A DNA stretch of 64,000 bases from Macrostomum hystrix. Its lineage: Eukaryota > Animalia > Platyhelminthes. The notes below the pieces were generated by a model. That model made no database searches and was not told the origin of the DNA. It worked only from the letters and a program-made list of their open reading frames with translations. The position numbers and the translations under genes are program-made. Positions 58,714 to 64,000 of the stretch are shown piece by piece. Positions within the stretch are counted from its first letter, which is position 1; each line of letters starts with the position of its first letter. The DNA lies in NCBI GenBank assembly GCA_950097015.1, contig CATNEN010000024.1:4464001-4528000 (forward strand), read 5' to 3'.

Positions 58714-61259
58714 ACAATTGTTGAAGCAGCAAAAGCAGCAGCAGATTCAGCAGCAGTCCGGCAGTCGACGAAGCTCTTCGGCCAAGGTGAGTTTACAAAT
58801 ATTAAAATATTTTTATGAACATATTTTGATTTTTAGTTCGTTTTCCGAAATCAAACGAGATAAGAAAGTGCAGTTTGAGTCCAAACTCTGCCCCCCTCCA
58901 ACCAAGTATGGGTTATTTTAGGCCTGTTTTTGTTGTCTAACCGGATAATTATGAGCAGCTTACTCAGATACCATCTATTAGGTGGTTCAAGGGGGGCACA
59001 GTAAATCACTGTCCACAGCAGTCCAGCACCCGCAGTCGCAGAGAAATCCACCAGCCATCTTCCAGCTGGGCAGAAGCCTGGACTGTCGGGGGATCTTTGT
59101 GTTTTTTGTTGCGTGTCCGTGTGCGAGCGTCTTTTGTTATCTTATTCCCCTCCACAACTACAACTGGATGTGGCTGGCTAGGAAAGCTCGGGACTGGCTG
59201 AGATACCGGACAGTTGCTAGGCGGTGAGAGATCCCGAAATCAGAATGCTCAAGTCTGGCCGGCTGTGGGTGCAGGTGGAATGCCTGAACCGAATCCCCAC
59301 GGGAGAACTCGGCGTTTTATTGCTCCGTTTTTTTCGTCCCATCAAACGAATAAAGAATATGCAAATTTATCTCACAGCGACTGAAAAGTTTTATTTTGGA
59401 ATTTTTCTAATTTAATCGGCGCGCAGGTCTTGCCAAAACAGCTGCACAATGGCCAGGAGGTATTCGTCTGTCCGCTGTGCGATCAGAACGGGCGTCAGGT
59501 GCTGGCGCGCAGCAAGATTGAGCTCACTGCTCACCTGAGGACGCACAATCGGATTAGCGAGGCCGCTGGGCAGCACCGGTGTGCGATCTGCAGCAAAGAG
59601 CTGAGCTCACAGTCTTCGCTAGACAGACACATGCTCACGCATTCCGGTAAGTGTTTCATCAAATGCTTACTGTTCTACTTAATAAGCTGATGTTAGTAGT
59701 GTAGTAAGGACGTTTTCTTGCTAAAAAAGGAAACAAAACTCGATCCGAAATTTAGTGTTTAAAATGGGTTTCGTAAACTAACATGCCCATTAGGCCAAAG
59801 AGACAGGGGAGAGATGAGACACGGGGAGGCTGGGGAGAGTGTTTCACGGGCCACTAACCCATGTTTTCAAGAATCAGGAGCAGTTTGTCTCAAAAACCAA
59901 CTCAACCTGTCTCTGTTTACAGATGAGCGCCCATTCGCCTGTCCGCTCTGTCCAACCGCCTTCACCACCAACGGCAACATGCGGCGCCACATGCAGACGC
60001 ACCGCACTGATCCGACCCTGGCAGACCTGGTCGAACGGCACCTCAATGGCGAGAGCCGTCGTCGGGGACGCCGGCCTGCCGATGCCACGGCGTCGGCCGC
60101 CGCTGCCGCCTCGGCGGGCTACGAAGCTGACGAGCACGATATGTGTGACGATAGTCAAGAAGCTGACGAAGAGAATGTGAAAGCGTTGGACGCGGTTGAA
60201 CACACGGCCGAGTCGAGAGCTGGACCTCGCGTTGAATGGCTGGCCCTTGCACTGGAGCGATTCAAGAAGCAGCAGCAGCAGCAGCAGAATCCCACACTGC
60301 CGACAGCATCAAGCGATGATCAGCCCTTGGATCTGACCATTGGAAAGGGCGCCTCAATTCCTTCAATGCCGCAGCAGCTGCCGCGGCCGTCTCTGCCGAC
60401 GCAGCTTCCGGAGTTGAGCCAGCCGTGGTCTGCCGCCGCTGCCGCCGCCGCTGCTGCCGCCGCCGCCGCATGTCTGCCCTGGCCATGGAGCCTCCAGCAT
60501 TTGTCAGCCTTCAACCCGCATGCGCAACAGCTGTGGCTGCCCGCCTTCCAGCATCAGCAGCAACAGCAGCAGCAGCAGCTGTCCGACAAAGCTCCAACGC
60601 CGCATGCTCCGCGGTCATCATTTCAGCACACGACTCCGAAAGGCTTCGGAGACAGCAGCAGCAGCGGAAGCAGCAGCGGCGACGCCAATAGCGAGCGCAG
60701 CCACAATAGCGACGACACACTGGGCGATCTAAGCGACGGTGTCGACATTGACATCGACGTCGACGTCGATATGGACGACGCTCAGCGGCTTGAGCTGGCT
60801 GCTTCGGCAGCCGCCCGCAGGAAGTCGCGCAAGAACTCCTACAAGGACGCGCCCAACCTGATCTACTGCCCATTCGAGGCCTGCCGACAGGCCTTCCCGT
60901 GGATGTCTTCACTGAAGCGGCACATCATCACCCACACCAGCCACAAGCCGTACGCCTGCACCCGCTGCGAGCACGCATTCTCGACAAAGTCCAACCGCGA
61001 GCGCCACATGGAGCGCATCCATCAGGTGCGGGTCAAGGGCCGGCAGCAGTGCCTCGCCCACCTCGACCATGCGGAGCTGGCCGCCTTCCGCGAGCACGAC
61101 CGCGTGGCCGAAGACATCGGCGACCGCCTTCTGGCCGAGCTGGGCCACGCCGTGGTCACCTCGGCGAATCCGCATCGCGGCGGCGTCGTTGCCGGAGGCG
61201 CCGTCAAGCTGGACCAGGACACTCTGGCCGGCCTCTCCGACTCCTGCAGCAGTCGTTGA
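58427..61259 (+). CDS. RREB1: RREB1/hindsight (pebbled)-like C2H2 zinc-finger transcription factor, 4 exons, 608 aa
   Basis: Exons 58427-58520, 58611-58786, 59427-59646 and 59923-61259, phases consistent. Signature fingers [45 protein letters not shown] and FPWMSSLKRHIITHT..KPYAC..C...FSTKSNRERH; CtBP-type motif PLDLT. Confidence 0.9.
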
Positions 61260-61877
61260 AGGCTTAGAAATAGACCGTTTTCTTCTATCTACTCAGTGTT
61301 TTTAGTGCTGGTTTTTTCATTGCTGGCTACTTATAGTAGGCGAAATAGTGAGAATTTGTTATTCCTTGCTCTAGTGCTCACACCTATTCCTGCAAGCATT
61401 AATTTTATCATCGCTAGTTGCTCATTTTATGCATTGTTTTGTAAATAATATATATGCTTATCCCCCTCTGGTGTTAGTTGCTATTCAATTTTCTATCTTT
61501 CCATTCGATATGAACAATGATAGTAGTTGCATCGCGCTTCACTCTTTGTAATGCTCATTTACAAAAAAATAAATCTATACAAGCGGTTAATCTGATGAGT
61601 CACTTTGATTTTAGTTCAATTAGCAATCCGTATCACAAAAGCTTGAAATCTAATAGTTCTGCTTTGCTTATTGAACCACACTGGGACGGAATATTTCGTC
61701 TAATCCCTTCCTCATTTCATCATTAACAATAGAATGACCACGCTATTTTCCCAACTGGGGAAAGACCCCATAGATTTTCATGCCGATAGGTTGAATATTT
61801 AAGGAGATACCGAAAAAAAGAAAAGTTAGGTCTTCGAAATACCCCCCCATGGTCTTTCTACTGTTAATTGATTCTTT

Positions 61878-63430
61878 GTCTCCTCTCCTTCCTCCCCTGC
61901 CTCCTCTCCTTCCTCCCCAGCCTCCTCTCCTTCCTCCCTGCCTCCTCTCCTTCCTCCCCTGTCTCCTCTCCTTCCTCCCCTGTCTCCTCTCCTTCCTCCC
62001 CTGTCTCCTCTCCTTCCTCCCCTGCCTCCTCTCCTTCCTCCCCTGCCTCCTCTCCTTCCTCCCCTGTCTCCTCTCCTTCCTCCCCTGTCTCCTCTCCTTC
62101 CTCTCCTGCCTCCTCTCCTTCCTCCCTGCCTCCTCTCCTTCCTCCTCGCCTCCTCTCCTTCCTCCCCTGTCTCCTCTCCTTCCTCCCCTGTCTCCTCTCC
62201 TTCCTCCCCTGTCTCCTCTCCTTCCTCCCCTGCCTCCTCTCCTTCCTCCCCTGCCTCCTCTCCTTCCTTCCCTGCCTCCTCTCCTTCCTCCCCTGTCTCC
62301 TCTCATTCCTCCCCTGCCTCCTCTCCTTCCTTCCCTGCCTCCTCTCCTTCCTCCCCTGTCTCCTCTCATTCCTCTCCTGCCTCCTCTCCTTCCTCCCCGG
62401 TCTCCTCTCCTTCCTCCCCTGCCTCCTCTCCTTCCTCCCCTGCCTCCTCTCCTTCCTCCCCTGCCTCCTCTCCTTCCTTCCCTGCCTCCTCTCCTTCCTC
62501 CCCTGTCTCCTCTCCTTCCTCCCCTGTCTCCTCTCCTTCCTCCCCTGTCTCCTCTCCTTCCTCCCCTGCCTCCTCTCCTTCTTCCCCTGTCTCCTCTCCT
62601 TCCTCCCCTGTCTCCTCTCCTTCCTTCCCTGTCTCCTCTCCTTCCTCCCCTGTCTCCTCTCCTTCCTCCCCTGCATGCCTCCTCTCATTCTTCCCCTGTC
62701 TCCTCTCCTTCTGCCCTGTCTCCTCTCTTTCTCCCCTGTCTCCTCTCCTTTCTACCATGTCTCCTCTCTTTTCTACCATGTCTCCTCTCTTCCTCCCCTG
62801 TCTCCTCTCCTTCCTCCCCTGCCTCCTCTTCTTCCTCCCCTGCCTCCTCTCCTTCCTCCCCAGCCTCCTCTCCTTCCTCCCTGCCTCCTCTCCTTCCTCC
62901 CCTGTCTCCTCTCCTTCCTCCCCTGTCTCCTCTCCTTCCTCCCCTGTCTCCTCTCCTTCCTCCCCTGCCTCCTCTCCTTCCTCCCCTGCCTCCTCTCCTT
63001 CCTCCCCTGTCTCCTCTCCTTCCTCCCCTGTCTCCTCTCCTTCCTCTCCTGCCTCCTCTCCTTCCTCCCTGCCTCCTCTCCTTCCTCCTCGCCTCCTCTC
63101 CTTCCTCCCCTGTCTCCTCTCCTTCCTCCCCTGTCTCCTCTCCTTCCTCCCCTGTCTCCTCTCCTTCCTCCCCTGTCTCCTCTCCTTCCTCCCCTGTCTC
63201 CTCTCCTTCCTCCCCTGTCTCCTCTCCTTCCTCCCCTGTCTCCTCTCCTTCCTTCCCTGTCTCCTCTCCTTCCTCCCCTGTCTCCTCTCCTTCCTCCCCT
63301 GTCTCCTCTCCTTCTGCCCTGTCTCCTCTCTTTCTCCCCTGTCTCCTCTCCTTTCTACCATGTCTCCTCTCTTTTCTACCATGTCTCCTCTCTTTCTCCC
63401 CTGTCTCCTCTCCTTTCTCCCCTGTCTTCT
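61878..63430. repeat. Polypyrimidine minisatellite, 21-bp unit TCTCCTCTCCTTCCTCCCCTG
   Basis: Tandem units with an internal long duplication; explains ORFs 61743-63655. Confidence 0.97.
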
Positions 63431-64000
63431 CTCATTCCTCCCCTGTCTTCACTCCTTTCTCCCATGTCCCTTCTCCATCCTTCCCGTCTGCTCTCCTTCC
63501 TCCCTTCCCCCATTATTTTCTCCCTCTCTCCCCTCCTCCCCACATTAACCCAGCAGATGAATGGAATAGGGGCATTACAAGCTGCGTGTACTAAAATATT
63601 GTACAGTCTAGTCAGTGTACATCCAGTCAAATTTCTTACTACCGCAAACTCATAATTTCTTTGTTCAAAGGATGAGAATGGGAAGAGTAAAGCGAGGACT
63701 AGAGCACAGCCGAATCTTATTAGACCTTAGCAACGCATCACATAGAGAAATATACGATTTCTATTGTTAAAAAAAAAAGAAATTAAACAGTAGTTTTGTA
63801 AGTATGAACTCGCTAATCCTTCGGCTTCTGTTGCTGATGTTAATTGGTGAGTCTTATTGCTATTTCTTTAGAATTTTCTCAGCAACTGATTTCGATCAGT
63901 TGAACTTAAAGCATTGCGAACTTAATCTGCCCACACCCGACCCGTTCGACCGTGCAGTCGTGTGCCCGATGTACGGCAAAGGGGTGCCGCGGACAAAGGG

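Noticed and set aside
47825-63655. Long ER-, LS-, LP- and RKERRQG-repeat ORFs
   Set aside because: They come from purine/pyrimidine minisatellites that cannot form stop codons.

Overview
Eukaryotic, intron-rich genomic DNA. The gene content, Gln/Ala-rich coding style and minisatellite-filled introns suggest a flatworm such as Macrostomum (inference). I reconstructed six host genes by hand from splice sites and reading phase: the 3' half of a Ca-channel alpha2delta gene (+), complete API5 (-), complete RPL23A (-), a CCSER-like gene (+), ZMAT2 (+, start exon uncertain) and a compact 5-finger RREB1/hindsight (+). About 16 distinct minisatellite arrays occupy introns and intergenic DNA and produce most of the long ORFs in the track, which are artefacts. 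Mobile elements are: a Crypton-type (DUF3504) derivative; a Mutator-like MITE (9-bp TSD) containing a young non-autonomous gypsy-type LTR element (804-bp LTRs, tRNA-Leu PBS, TATA TSD), both inside one RPL23A intron; three copies of a hAT MITE; an LTR-less gypsy integrase relic; a near-intact mariner; and SINE-like fragments. The strongest lead is that two divergent gypsy-type elements share a homologous pol tail and a homologous, unrecognised accessory ORF downstream of pol, which is visible only after repairing a frameshift, a MITE insertion and a stop codon. The LTR also carries two internalised relic 'LTR-end + PBS' junctions.
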